64,000 bases of DNA, taken from assembly GCF_006345805.1 (NCBI RefSeq), contig NC_043025.1, forward strand, positions 8,742,001 through 8,806,000, in the 5' to 3' direction. A program made the translations under genes and the position numbers. Shown piece by piece: positions 37,816 to 49,623 of the stretch. Numbering within the stretch: the first letter of the stretch is position 1; the number at the start of each line of letters is the position of its first letter. The DNA is from Octopus sinensis (Eukaryota). The notes under the pieces were generated by a model that searched no databases, had not been told where the DNA came from, and worked only from the letters and a program-made list of their open reading frames with translations.

Positions 37816-39995
37816 TGATTCTGAATACATCATAAATAAACTACCAACCTTACGTAGCGGAGACGAACAGACAATGCTCATCTCGGCAAAGCACATGGAA
37901 TGCTATAAATCATATATCCGGTAAATGGCGGGCTTTTTACGAAATGCATGTCGGGTAATGAAAAGTATTTCGGAATAAGTTTAACAATTAAGGATAATCT
38001 CTTAATAAGGGATCTTAACAAGAAATTATCGGGTAGCTAGCGTGAAAACCTCATAAAAGAAAAGAATCGAAAATAATTTTTTTCTTTTGAACAAATTAAT
38101 TATATCTATATTGTATGAGGGCATTATTACACATAAATGCCTCACACTAGGAGGGACAAAGTCATTACTACCAAAAATTATACTAATCATACCCAAATGC
38201 AGGTTTTCAAAGCAAGACATTTAAAAATGAATTATGTTCTGTATCACCGTGATTTCACATACAACTTGCGTCTAATGATCGTCAGCAGAACTGATTCTGA
38301 ATACATCATAAAAACTACCAACCTACGTAGCGGAGACGAAAGACAACTGCTCACTCCGGCCAAGCACATGGAATGTTTATAAATCATATATCCGGTAAAT
38401 GGCGGGCTTTTACGAACTGCATGTCGGGTAATGAAAAGTATTCGGAATAAGTTTAACAATAAGGATAATCTCTTAATAAGGGATCTTAACAAGAAATTAT
38501 CGGTAGCTAGCGTGAAACCTCATAAAAGAAAAGAATCCGAAAATAATTTTTTTTGAACAAATTAATTATATCTATATTGTATAGAGGGCATTATTACAAT
38601 AAATGCCTCACCTAGGAGGGACAAAGTCATTACTACCAAAAATTATAACTAATCATACCCAAATGCAGTTTTTCAAAGCAAGACATTTAAAAATGAATTA
38701 TGTTCTGTATCACCGTGATTTCACATACAACTTGCGTCTAATGATCGTCAGCAGAACTGATTCTGAATACATCATAAATAAACTACCAACCTTACGTAGC
38801 GGAGACGAACAGACAACTGCTCACTCCGGCCAAGCACATGGAATGTTTATAATCATATATCCGGTAAATGGCGGGCTTTTACGAACTGCATGTCGGGTAA
38901 TGAAAAGTATTTCGGAATAAGTTTAACAATTAAGGATAATCTCTTAATAAGGGATCTTAACAAGAAATTATCGGGTAGCTAGCGTGAAACCTCATAAAAG
39001 AAAAGATCCGAAAATAATTTTTTTCTTTTGAACAAATTAACTATATCTATATTGTATAGAGGGCATTATTACACATAAATGCCTCACACTAGGAGGGACA
39101 AAGTCATTACTACCAAAATTATACTAATCATACCCAAATGCAGTTTTTCAAAGCAAGACATTTAAACAGGAATTATGTTCTGTATCACCGTGATTTCACA
39201 TACAACTTGCGTCTAATGATCGTCAGCAGAACTGATTCTGAATACATCATAAATAAACTACCAACCTTACGTAGCGGAGACGAACAGACAACTGCTCACT
39301 CCGGCCAAGCACATGGAATGTTTATAAATCATATATCCGGTAAATGGCGGGCTTTTTACGAACTGCATGTCGGGTAATGAAAAGTATTTCGGAATAAGTT
39401 TAACAATAAGGATAATCTCTTAATAAGGGATCTTAACAAGAAATTATCGGGTAGCTAGCGTGAAAACCTCATAAAAGAAAAGAATCCGAAAATAATTTTT
39501 TTCTTTTGAACAATTAATATATCTATATTGTATAGAGGGCATTATTACACATAAATGCCTCACACTAGGAGGGACCAAGTCATTACTACCAAAATGTCTT
39601 GCTTTGAAAAACTGCATTTGGGTATGATTAGTATTTTTGGTAAGTAATGACTTGTCCCTCCTAGTGTGAGGCATTTATGTGTAATAATGCCTCTATACAT
39701 ATATAGATATAATTAATTTGTTCAAAAGAAAAAAATTATTTTCGGATTCTTTTCTTTATGAGGTTTTCACGCTAGCTACCCGATAATTTCTTGTAAGATC
39801 CCTTATTAAGAGATTATCCTTAATTGTTAAACTTATTCCGAAATACTTTTCATTACCCGACATGCAGTTCGTAAAAAGCCCGCCATTACCGGATATATGA
39901 TTTATAAACATTCCATGTGCTTGGCCGGAGTGAGCAGTTGTCTGTTCGTCTCCGCTACGTAAGGTTGGTAGTTATTTATGATGTATTCAGAATCA

Positions 39996-40050
39996 GTTCT
40001 GCTGACGATCATTAGACGCAAGTTGTAGTGAAATCACGGTGATACAGAAC
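39996..40050 (+). ncRNA. Type I hammerhead copy in the inverted part of the array
   Basis: GTTCTG CTGACGA TCATTAGACGCAAGTTGTAGT GAAA TCACGGTGA TA CAGAAC on the + strand (one base missing in stem II relative to consensus). Confidence 0.75.
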
Positions 40051-40549
40051 ATAATTCATTTTTAAATGTCTTGCTTTGAAAAACTGCATTTGGGTATGAT
40101 TAGTATAATTTTTGGTAGTAATGACTTTGTCCCTCCTAGTGTGAGGCATTATGTGTAATAATGCCCTCTATACAATATAGATATAATTAATTTGTTCAAA
40201 AGAAAAAAATATTTTCGGATTCTTTTCTTTATGAGGTTTTCACGCTAGCTACCCGATAATTTCTTGTTAAGATCCCTTATTAAGAGATTATCCTTAATTG
40301 TTAAACTTATATTATATATAATATATATAGATATATATATATATATTTATATATATATATATCCGCTCAGTCGAAGTTGACTCTCGGTTACTCGTTGGAT
40401 CAGTGTCTCCAGTCAGTTCTATCCTGGGCCACTTCTTTCAGATTGGCTATGTCCATTCCAGTATCCCTCTTGATGGTGTCAAGCCAGTGGGTCTTGGTCG
40501 GCCTCTCCTCTCTTGCCACTGACCATTCCGTATATATATATATATATAT

Positions 40550-40830
40550 CCGCTCAGTCGAAGTTGACTCTCGGTTACTCGTTGGATCACTGTCCTCCAG
40601 TCAGTTCTATCCGGGGGCCGCTTCTTTCAGATTGGCTATGTCCATTCCAGTATCACTCTTGATGGTGTCAAGCCAGCGGGTTCTTGGTCGGCCTCTTCCT
40701 CTCTTGCCACTGACCATTCCGAGCATGATGTCCTTCTCCAGGGATTTTCTCTGCATAATATGACCGAAATATGCCAATCTATGCTTGGTGATCCCAGCTT
40801 CTAGCGACATTTTTGGCCCTATCTGCAATA
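40550..40830 (-). mobile_element. RTE (BovB-like) LINE 3' end; its terminal ~165 bp are repeated at 35546-35709 and 40363-40530
   Basis: RLAYFGHIMQRKSLEKDIMLGMVSGKRGRGRPRTRWLDTIK. Confidence 0.85.
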
Positions 40831-41089
40831 TTGCGACTTGTTCAATCACTCATCACTTCCCATATTCCCAGAGGCCATCATTGGCTTTTTGTAGAACCTC
40901 ACATCTACTGCTGATAGCTACAGCAGGCTGTCCAGTTTCAACTAAAGTCTACAACCATCATTGATTCATTGCACACCTAAAACAGCAGTGCAAAAGGCTG
41001 CAAGGAAGCTGCATGTAGTGTGATGGAGGAAAAGGGTGACAGAAAAAAGAAGTAAATGGGAGTGAGAAATACAAAAGGCCTTACCTGTT

Positions 41090-41500
41090 GACCTCGGCGG
41101 AATAAGCAATCACTCTCAAGGAATAAACACGTCTTTGCTCACTGCCATCTCTGCTCGAACTGACCACATGTGCTTCCTTTTACTCCAGAGATAAAGTCAG
41201 GACCATTCTCGATGCTAGCATGTTGGTTATAACAACACTTTTACTAATTGCCTCTTCTAGATTGCAAACTAGTTTTCCCTCTAATCTATGTTTTTCTGTT
41301 GCAAGCTCTTTGCTAAACACTATCAATTCTACTCTAATCGCCCTTTTTAGGACAATCCAACGCTGGTTGTTGGTGATAGCCCCCATCAACTGCCACTTAA
41401 CTAATACATTAATCCTCTGTCTTGGTCTTAGCCTGCTTGTAAGGATGTGTTAAAGCTCCTGTAACTGGGTCCTTCTCTACATGTCCTATCTAAAGCAACT
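41090..41500 (-). mobile_element. Decayed L1/Tx1-like ORF2 linker fragment
   Basis: RWIVLKRAIRVELIVFSKELATEKHRLEGKL...*KEAHVVSS resembles the endonuclease-RT linker of Tx1-type LINEs. Confidence 0.4.
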
Positions 41501-41693
41501 GTGCCAATCACAATTTGTGGTCAGTGTGGCCAACCAGGAGTGGCTATGTGGCAATAAGTTTACTTGCAACCACATGGTTCCATGTTCAGTCCCACTGCGT
41601 GGCACCTTGGGCAAATGTCTTCTACTATAGCCTTGGGCTGACCAAAGCCTTTGAGTGGATTGGTAGACGAAAACTCAAAGAAGCCTGTCATTT

Positions 41694-41759
<66 letters not shown>

Positions 41760-41994
41760 ATGTATTTGTGTGTCTGTGTTTGTCCTCTCTCACCTTCGCT
41801 TGACAACCGATGTTGGTGTGCTTTTCAGCAAAAGAGAACAATAGAATAAGTCCTGCGGTTGATTTGTTCAACTAAAGGTGGTGCTCCAGCATGCCCACAG
41901 TCAAGTGACTGAAGTAAAAGAATAAAAGAAAACCTATTCTACCCCTATCCACTCACCTAACGAAGACTCTATTTAGATACGATACATTAATAAT

Positions 41995-42258
41995 GGAGAT
42001 GTACTTGCATAGCAAGTGATTTGATCTGAAATTGTGTGCTGAAACAAAAACAATTGCAGCATGGAAGGTGTTTATAAGCCATTTAAGAAACAAACAAAGG
42101 CCGTTCGATTCACTTCAACATTCAATTCAAGTTTAATTTGTCAAAATATTTTCGTCGCTTTAAGACCGTGACGAAATATTTTGACAAATTAAACTTAAAG
42201 TTGAAGTGAATCGAACGGCTTTGTGTGTTTCTTAAATGGCTTACAAACACCTTCCACA
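41995..42258. repeat. Dispersed repeat folded into a ~195-bp near-perfect hairpin (42062-42256); related piece at 13190-13372
   Basis: TGGAAGGTGTTTATAAGCCATTTAAGAAAC...GTCAAAATATTT mirrored by AAATATTTTGAC...GTTTCTTAAATGGCTTACAAACACCTTCCA. Confidence 0.85.
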
Positions 42259-42343
42259 TTAATAATGATAATAATAAAGTTGTAATGCTCTGTATTTTTC
42301 CTTATAATTTATGGTTTACACCATTTTCTTGTTTCCGTTATAG

Positions 42344-43017
42344 ATTATAGATACAGAAAAACAACTGGATGTCCTGATCAACAATGCCGGTCTTGGCACA
42401 GACCTGAGGAAGACAACAAAACAAGATATGAAATAATTTTTGGCGTCAACTTCACAGGGCCATTCCTTCTGACCTACCTGCTTTTAGATTTGCTCAAGAA
42501 ATCTGCTCCAAGCCGCATAATTAATGTAAGCTCTTTGGCGCATGCTTCAGTAAGAGAATCAATCATTTCTTTTCAACCAAAGATTCATCGTCCTCAACTG
42601 GTGTTAAATATCCCAAATTGGCAAACTATCATCTTAGTAAACTTGCTCAGATCTGGCACACAAATGTACTGGCTGAGAAGCTATCTGCAGACAATGTAAC
42701 AGCCAATAGCATGAATCCTGGTTATGTTTATTCTGGTATATGGTATGCTGACTCCAACCCAATGAAACAAATACTTTTGCGATTTTCTGGTTGGTTATCC
42801 TCAAAGATTGGTCGTTACGTCCAAGAATGCAGCGTTAACTGTTGTATACATGGCTGTTGATCCAAGTTTGGAGAAGGTCAGTGGCTGTTATTTCGAAAAT
42901 GTTGAGATTTCAAAGAATATGTCTGCATGTGCTAAGAATAAAACTTTGGCCCAGAAAATGTGGGATTTTCTATGGATATGTGCGAACTTTCAAAAAAATT
43001 TGAATAAAATTACTTAG
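42344..43017 (+). pseudogene. RDH-like SDR, exon 2, three frameshifts
   Basis: Acceptor TTTCCGTTATAG|; [16 protein letters not shown], (shift ~42425) [39 protein letters not shown], (shift ~42557) catalytic YHLSK, NSMNPG, (shift ~42815) AALTVVYMAVDPSLEKVSGCYF; stop 43015-43017. Confidence 0.8.
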
Positions 43018-43547
43018 AGATATGAGTTGAGACTTTTCCCAGGTAAACTTAACCTTCTAGTTCTACCACCAGGTAATAAAAGATCAGATCACAAAACGAA
43101 CTGTGATTTAATATTGTCTGAATAAGATGATCAGAAGGATTGAAAATCAACTCCAACTTGTTTGTGAAAAATGATGCCAATCAAAAGCTGTGCACACCTG
43201 AGATGCCTGCCGGCTTCAAAGGTTCATCAGCAGAATGACCACCGATGACCCCTCTAACCTACAGGTCTCAGGTATACTGATATGTATGAAATTTAAAAAA
43301 AAATTTGAATAAAATTATTTGGAGATCTGATTTAAATAAATAAAAGGATAGAGATCCAAATCTATATTTATTTATTTTTTTCTTGTGGATATATTCTGGA
43401 TTTTGCTTTTGTTATTTGTTTTACCGGTTTCAGTCATTGGACAGCAACCACAATGGGCCCCTACTCTCAAGGGTTTTAGTTGATCGGATTTAAATTCCTG
43501 TACTTATTTCAAGCTGGTATTTGTATTATTGACCTCAATTTACTGAG

Positions 43548-43850
43548 TGCACCCGAGAGAATACCCTCCATAGGCATTTGCCATATTCTGGACACCTTAA
43601 CGTGAATCCTCGAGTATATTCCGCCCTTGAGTATAATACGCAGGGGATTTTTAAGGGGGCTGTACCTCTGTAAAACCTAAACTTTGTGTATAATACGCAC
43701 CCTTTTTCTAACATGAGTCAAGGAGGTCTATATAACGTCCTTGGTTTGTAAACATTTATACAGTAACGTCCTTTATTATTATTGTATACATAACATAATG
43801 CAAACGTGTAGCTTTTTTGTGCATTTTGTCATCCAGTGCAGACGACATAC
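43548..43850. mobile_element. CR1 fragment fused to a Tc1-mariner-type MITE (CCGTAAATCCTCGAGTATA end); same chimera at 45880-46210, further MITE copy 46257-46530
   Basis: Identical junction C(A/G)CCTTA|(A/G)CGT(G/A)AAT(C/T)CTCGAGTATA at both loci. Confidence 0.6.
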
Positions 43851-44109
43851 AACATTTGATGCAGACGACATACAACATTTGATAAAACTTTCCTAACGCC
43901 AACCCACTCAGCAGAATGGACTGAGTGGTTTTTATGTGGCACCAAGACCGGCAGGGGTCACCAAATAACTTGGAAGACAGGGAACTCTGAGAGGGGGAGG
44001 GGACATTGGAGAAGGGCATCTTGTGTCGGATGATGAAAGGTTAGAGTGAGATAGAAAGACAGAAACAGGTGTCTGTCTTGCTGTAGGGGAGGTGAAAGGT
44101 TACTCAGCC

Positions 44110-44790
44110 ACATAGAGAGTGGAGGTTGAGAGAGAGGGGAAAGAGGAATACGGAGGGAGGGAGGGGTGTCAGTAAGAGGAGGAGAGGGTGGGGGAGATGG
44201 AGAAAGGGGGAAGGGGCAGGGCGGAAGTAAGAGTGAGATATGGTGGGTAGAGAGAGAGAGGGAGAGGGTAGGAAAGTGAATGAGAGGGATAGAGTGAGAG
44301 GTTTAGGGCAGAGAGAAAGATTGGTGAGATAGAAGTAGAGGCAGAGAGGTTGAGAGAGAGGAGAGATGGAAAGAGTGGGGGACGGAGAGAGAGTGAGGGA
44401 GAAAAAGCGGAGAGGGGGAGAGGAGAGAGGGCGAGAGACAGAGGGAGAGAGGAGGAAAGACAGAGGGAGACAGAAGGAAAGATGGAGAGGGAGAGAGAGA
44501 GATGGAAAGAGATGAAGAGAGAAGTGATAGGGAGAAGCAGGAGTGACGATGGTAAAGCGTCCGGGGGGGGGGGGCAGAACATAGAAAGGGTGATAGAGAA
44601 AAGGAAGAGAGAGAGAGAGAGAGATAAATGGCAACGATTGACAGGAGAATAGCGTCGAGGGTAGAGGGAGGCTACGATATAAGTGGCAGGACATTGCCAG
44701 GGAACGCGAAGTAGGTAGCGGGAGGCAGAGATTAGTGAGTACATGGGTATATAGAAGGAGGGAGGGGTAGGAATGATAGAGAGCAGAGCA
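44110..44790. repeat. Purine-rich (GA)-type low-complexity tract
   Basis: Direct inspection. Confidence 0.9.
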
Positions 44791-46654
44791 GGGAGGACAG
44801 CATCGTCACTCGGCTCCTAACAAATTTGCCTCACGGACCGGTCAAAGGGAGAATACTCGAGTTTGCCGACCAACAAGGTTTATTATTTGCTTACTATTAC
44901 CTGCCCCTAATGGATTTCTACAGCCGACTTCAGTAGTATATGCCCCCCCCCTCGTCATTAAGGGTGCTGAGTCGTTCATAGGGTTAAGTGTCTTAAATAT
45001 ACGAATGGATCTTTTCGGTTTGACCGGCAGTTTTTTCTAGCGGTGTCATACGAAATTGTCACCCATAATTATGACCCTAGAATCGATCTATTGCATTTCA
45101 ATCTGTTTTAGGGCTAGAGTTAGGGGGAAAGGTATCTTTTTTAATTCAGAAATGTAAATAAACCCAATCTGTTTCTTAAACGAGGGACATATTCATACGG
45201 CAAAGAATGTTTTTTTTTTTACCTCAATAGACGTCAGTGATTGGTTGATATTGCTGAAATTGAAGAAAAAAAAAAACAACAAATATCTTAGAAACTATAG
45301 AATTTTCTCAATAAAGCCAAGAAAAAAAGATGTTTTATTTTACACATTCTACCAGTATACGAAGTTTAAAAGTGTTTAGTTACATGGAATCATTTTAAAA
45401 AAACTGCCTTTCAAACCGAAAGATCCCACTCTATGACTGGACATATACTTAACTACATATAAATATATATATATATATGTTGATATGTTTTGCCGATCCG
45501 CTAAGTTACGGTCACGTAAAACACCCAGCATCGGTTGTCAAGCGATGTTGGACACACACACAGACACACAAGCACTTACACACACATACATATATATAAT
45601 ATATATATATATATATATACATATATATACGAGGGCTTCTTTCAGTTTCCTTCTCTACCAAATCCACTCACAAGGCATTTGTGGGCCCGAGACTATCGTA
45701 GAAGACACTTGACCTAGGTGCCATGTAGTGGGACTGACCCTGAACCATGTGTGGTCCGTAAGCAAGCTACTTACCACACAGCCACTCCTACCTTCATCTT
45801 TATTCCAGTTGTTGGGCCGTGGTAATGCTGGAGCAACACCTCGAACAAATTCAGTCGATTTATTCGACTGAAAACCAGCTGGAAACCGTTCAGCGACGTG
45901 CAACCGGGAGAATACCTTCCATAGGCATTAGCCGTATTCTGGACGCCTTAGCGTAAATTCTCGAGTATATTCCGCCCTTGATTATAATACGCAGGGGAAT
46001 TTTAGGGGGCTGTATCTCTGTAAAACCTAATCCTTGTGTATAATACGCACCCCTTCTCTGACTTGAGTCAAGGAGGTCTATAAAATGTCCTTGCTTTGTA
46101 AAAATGTATATGGTCACGTCCTTTATTATTATTGTATATCTAACATAATGCAAACGTGAAGCTTTTTTGTGCATGTTTTTGTTTGCAGAAAATAAAGAAA
46201 TAACAGTAATAACGTTTAATAAATGTTATTATTATTATTATTATTATATATACATGCCGTAAATCCTCGAGTATAGTCAGCCCCTGAGTATAATACGCAG
46301 GGGATTTTTAAGGGGGCTGTACCTCTGTAAAACCTAAAGCGTGTGTATAATACGCACCCCTTCTCTAACTTGAGTTAAGGAGGTCGTATATAACGTCCTT
46401 GGTTTGTAAGAATGTATACGGTAACGTAATTTATTATTATTGTATACATAACATAATGCAAACCTTATCTTTTTTGTGCATTTTGTTTGCAGAAAATAAA
46501 GAAATAACAGTAATAACGTCAGTGAAAAATAAATATTAAGTAAATTGTCTTTACATATTTATCACTATCAGTTACAAAAGCAAAGCCATTTATTAAAATC
46601 CTTCAAATTCAACGTCTCTTTCAGCATCAAATAACTGTTCTATTTGTTCCTCCG

Positions 46655-47575
46655 TATGTATGTATGTATGTATGTATGTATGTATGTATGTATGTATGTA
46701 TGTATGTATGTATGTATGTATGTATGTATGTATGTATGTATGTGTTTTTGTATGTATGTATGTATGTATGTATGTATGTGTATGTATGTACGTATGTATG
46801 TATGTATGTATGTGTGTTTGTATGTATGTATGAATGTATGTATGTATGTGTGTTTGTATGTATGTATGTATGTATGTATGTATGTATGTATGTGTGTGTG
46901 TATGTATGTATGTATGTATTTATGTATGTATGTATGTATGTATGTATGTATGTATGTATGTGATTATGTATGTATGTACGTAGGTAGTACGTATGTATGT
47001 ATGTATGTATGCATGTATGTATGTTTGTACGTATGTATGTATGTAGGGTATGTGTGTTTGTTTTATGTATGTATGTATGATGTATGTATGTGTGGTTGGC
47101 ATGTGTGTATGTATGTATGTATGTATGTATGTAGGTATGTATGTATGTATGTGATGTATGTATGTATGTACGTTAGTAGTACGTATGTATGTATGTATGT
47201 ATGCATGTATGTGGTTTGTACGTATGTATGTATGTAGGGTATGTGTGTTTGTTTTATGTATGTATGTATGATGTATGTATGTGTGGTTGGCATGTGTGTA
47301 TGTATGTATGTATGTGATGTATGTATGTATGTATGTATGTATGTATGTATGTATGTATGTATGTGATGTATGTATGTATGTATGTATGTATGTGATGTAT
47401 GTATGTATGTATGTATGTATGTATGTATGTATGTATGTATGTACGTATGTATGTATGTACGTATGTATGTATGTTTGTATGTATGTATGTATGTATGTAT
47501 GTGTGTTTGCATGTATGTATGTATGTATGTATGTATGTGATGTATGTATCTATGTATGTATGTATGCATGTATGC

Positions 47576-47608
<33 letters not shown>

Positions 47609-47904
47609 TGTATGTATGTGATGTATGTATGTATGTATGTATGTGTGTTTGCATGTATGAATGTATGTATGTATGTATGTGATGTATGTATGTATGTATG
47701 TATGTATGTATGTATGTGGTGATTATGTATGTATGTATGTATGTATGTATGCATGTATGTATGTATGTATGTACGTGTATGTATGTTTGTGTATGTATGT
47801 ATTTTGTATGTATGTATGTATGTATGTATGTGTGTTTGCATGTATGTATGTATGTATGTATGTATGTATGTATGTGATGTATGTATGTATGTATGCATGT
47901 ATGC

Positions 47905-47936
<32 letters not shown>

Positions 47937-48035
47937 GTGTTTGCATGTATGTATGTATGTATGTATGTGATGTATGTATGTATGTATGTATGTGTGTTTG
48001 CATGTATGTATTATGTATGTATGATGTATGTGATG

Positions 48036-48067
<32 letters not shown>

Positions 48068-48275
48068 TGTATGTATGTATGTATGTACGTATGTATGTAT
48101 GTACGTATGTATGTAATGTTTGTATGTATGTTATGTATGTAGTATGGTGTAGTGTGTTTTGCATGTATGTATGTATGTATGTACGTATGTATGTATGATG
48201 TATGTATGTATGTGTATGTATGTATGTATGTATGTATGTATGTATGTATGTACGTATGTATGTATGTATGTGTAT
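46655..48275. repeat. (TATG)n tetranucleotide satellite, ~1.6 kb
   Basis: Direct inspection. Confidence 0.98.
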
Positions 48276-49589
48276 GCATACATGCTCACACCTTCACACG
48301 TATATACACAAATGCATTTGCATTGAAGCGGGCGGAGACAATTATTCTGGATAAAAGAAAATATTCTAAGACGATAGGCACATAGGTTACAAGAACAGAC
48401 ACATATGGAGACACAGATCCACACATATAAAGATGCACATCCATACATACAAACATGGTCCATAGTTGCATAACACACACACACACGCATGCATACACAA
48501 AGAGACGGAGGTGCATACATATACAAACACATGCTCACACACACATACATAGAAAATACACAAACACGGACATACAAGCACGTAAATATGCAGGATACGT
48601 ACATATAGAATGACACACATCCATATATACATATACACACATATATACATACATACACATGGAAACGCACACATACAAACACACGTACATGCATGCATGT
48701 ATAGGCACACACCCATATTTTTTTTCTAAGTTTCGGCCCAGAGTTGTGGCCATGCTGATGCACCGCCGTTTGGCGAAAGAGTACAACAGGGGTCTCCACC
48801 ATCCTCTTCCGGAGCCTCGCGGGGCTTTTAGGTGTTTTCGCTGAAATAAACACACACAGCGCCCGGTCTGGGAATCGAAGCCGCGGTCCTCCGATCGCGA
48901 GTCCGCTGCCCTAACCACTGGGCCATTGCGCCTCCATATGCGCACCAACAAACAAAAGGGAACGCAGTTTAAATAACGGACAGAGTGAAGACTATTGAAA
49001 AGGTTGCAAGACGCAACGAAAATTTTAGGAAAGTAAGAAAAAAAGTGGGAAGTCAAGGGAAATTACTCTGAATGTACATTGTTACATATTAACAATTATC
49101 TCCCTTGACAAGGAAAATAAATGACGTTTGTGAAAGGCTTCAGACGTAGGAATTAACAACTGCAGACAATATCGAACTACTGTAGGCATGCAGACACGTT
49201 TATATACATTTGCATATGTCCAAGCATATATATATATATGTCTACATCCTGTGATCGTGATCACGTGACTGACCGGAAAATCGAATGTTCGTATTTATCG
49301 TCCGGCCACAATGTACTTGGCGTCGTTTTAACTTTCGAATGCTGCAACTCCGCCGGATGCGCGAGGGAGCCACCATCTCACCCTCATTGGAAGGCTATTC
49401 CATCGCAGGGTGGATATTTTACGGCTGAGTGGACTGGAGCAACGTAAAATATAGGGCCTTGCTCGTCTATACTTGCATGAGTGAGTGTGTATATACGTGT
49501 GTGTGTGTGGGTGTGTATGTATAAATATATATGAATATATATATATATGTATATATGTATGTATGTATATATGTATATATGTATATATG

Positions 49590-49623
<34 letters not shown>

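Larger units (their letters stand above)
35745..40310. repeat. Tandem array of ~473-bp hammerhead-containing monomers (8 full + 1 partial), then ~1.5 inverted monomers; retrozyme-like
   Basis: Monomer starts (AGAGGGCATTA) near 35751, 36225, 36694, 37167, 37643, 38117, 38583, 39058, 39534; inversion junction at 39594/39595; (TA)n on both flanks. Confidence 0.95.

Noticed and set aside
38137-39674. Repeated ORFs (MPHTRRDK..., MQFFKARH...) in the 473-bp array
   Set aside because: Short, frame changes between units and no protein-like motif; the conserved feature is RNA structure.
44104-44744. 191-196-aa Ser/Leu/Pro-rich ORFs
   Set aside because: Translation of a GA-rich low-complexity tract.
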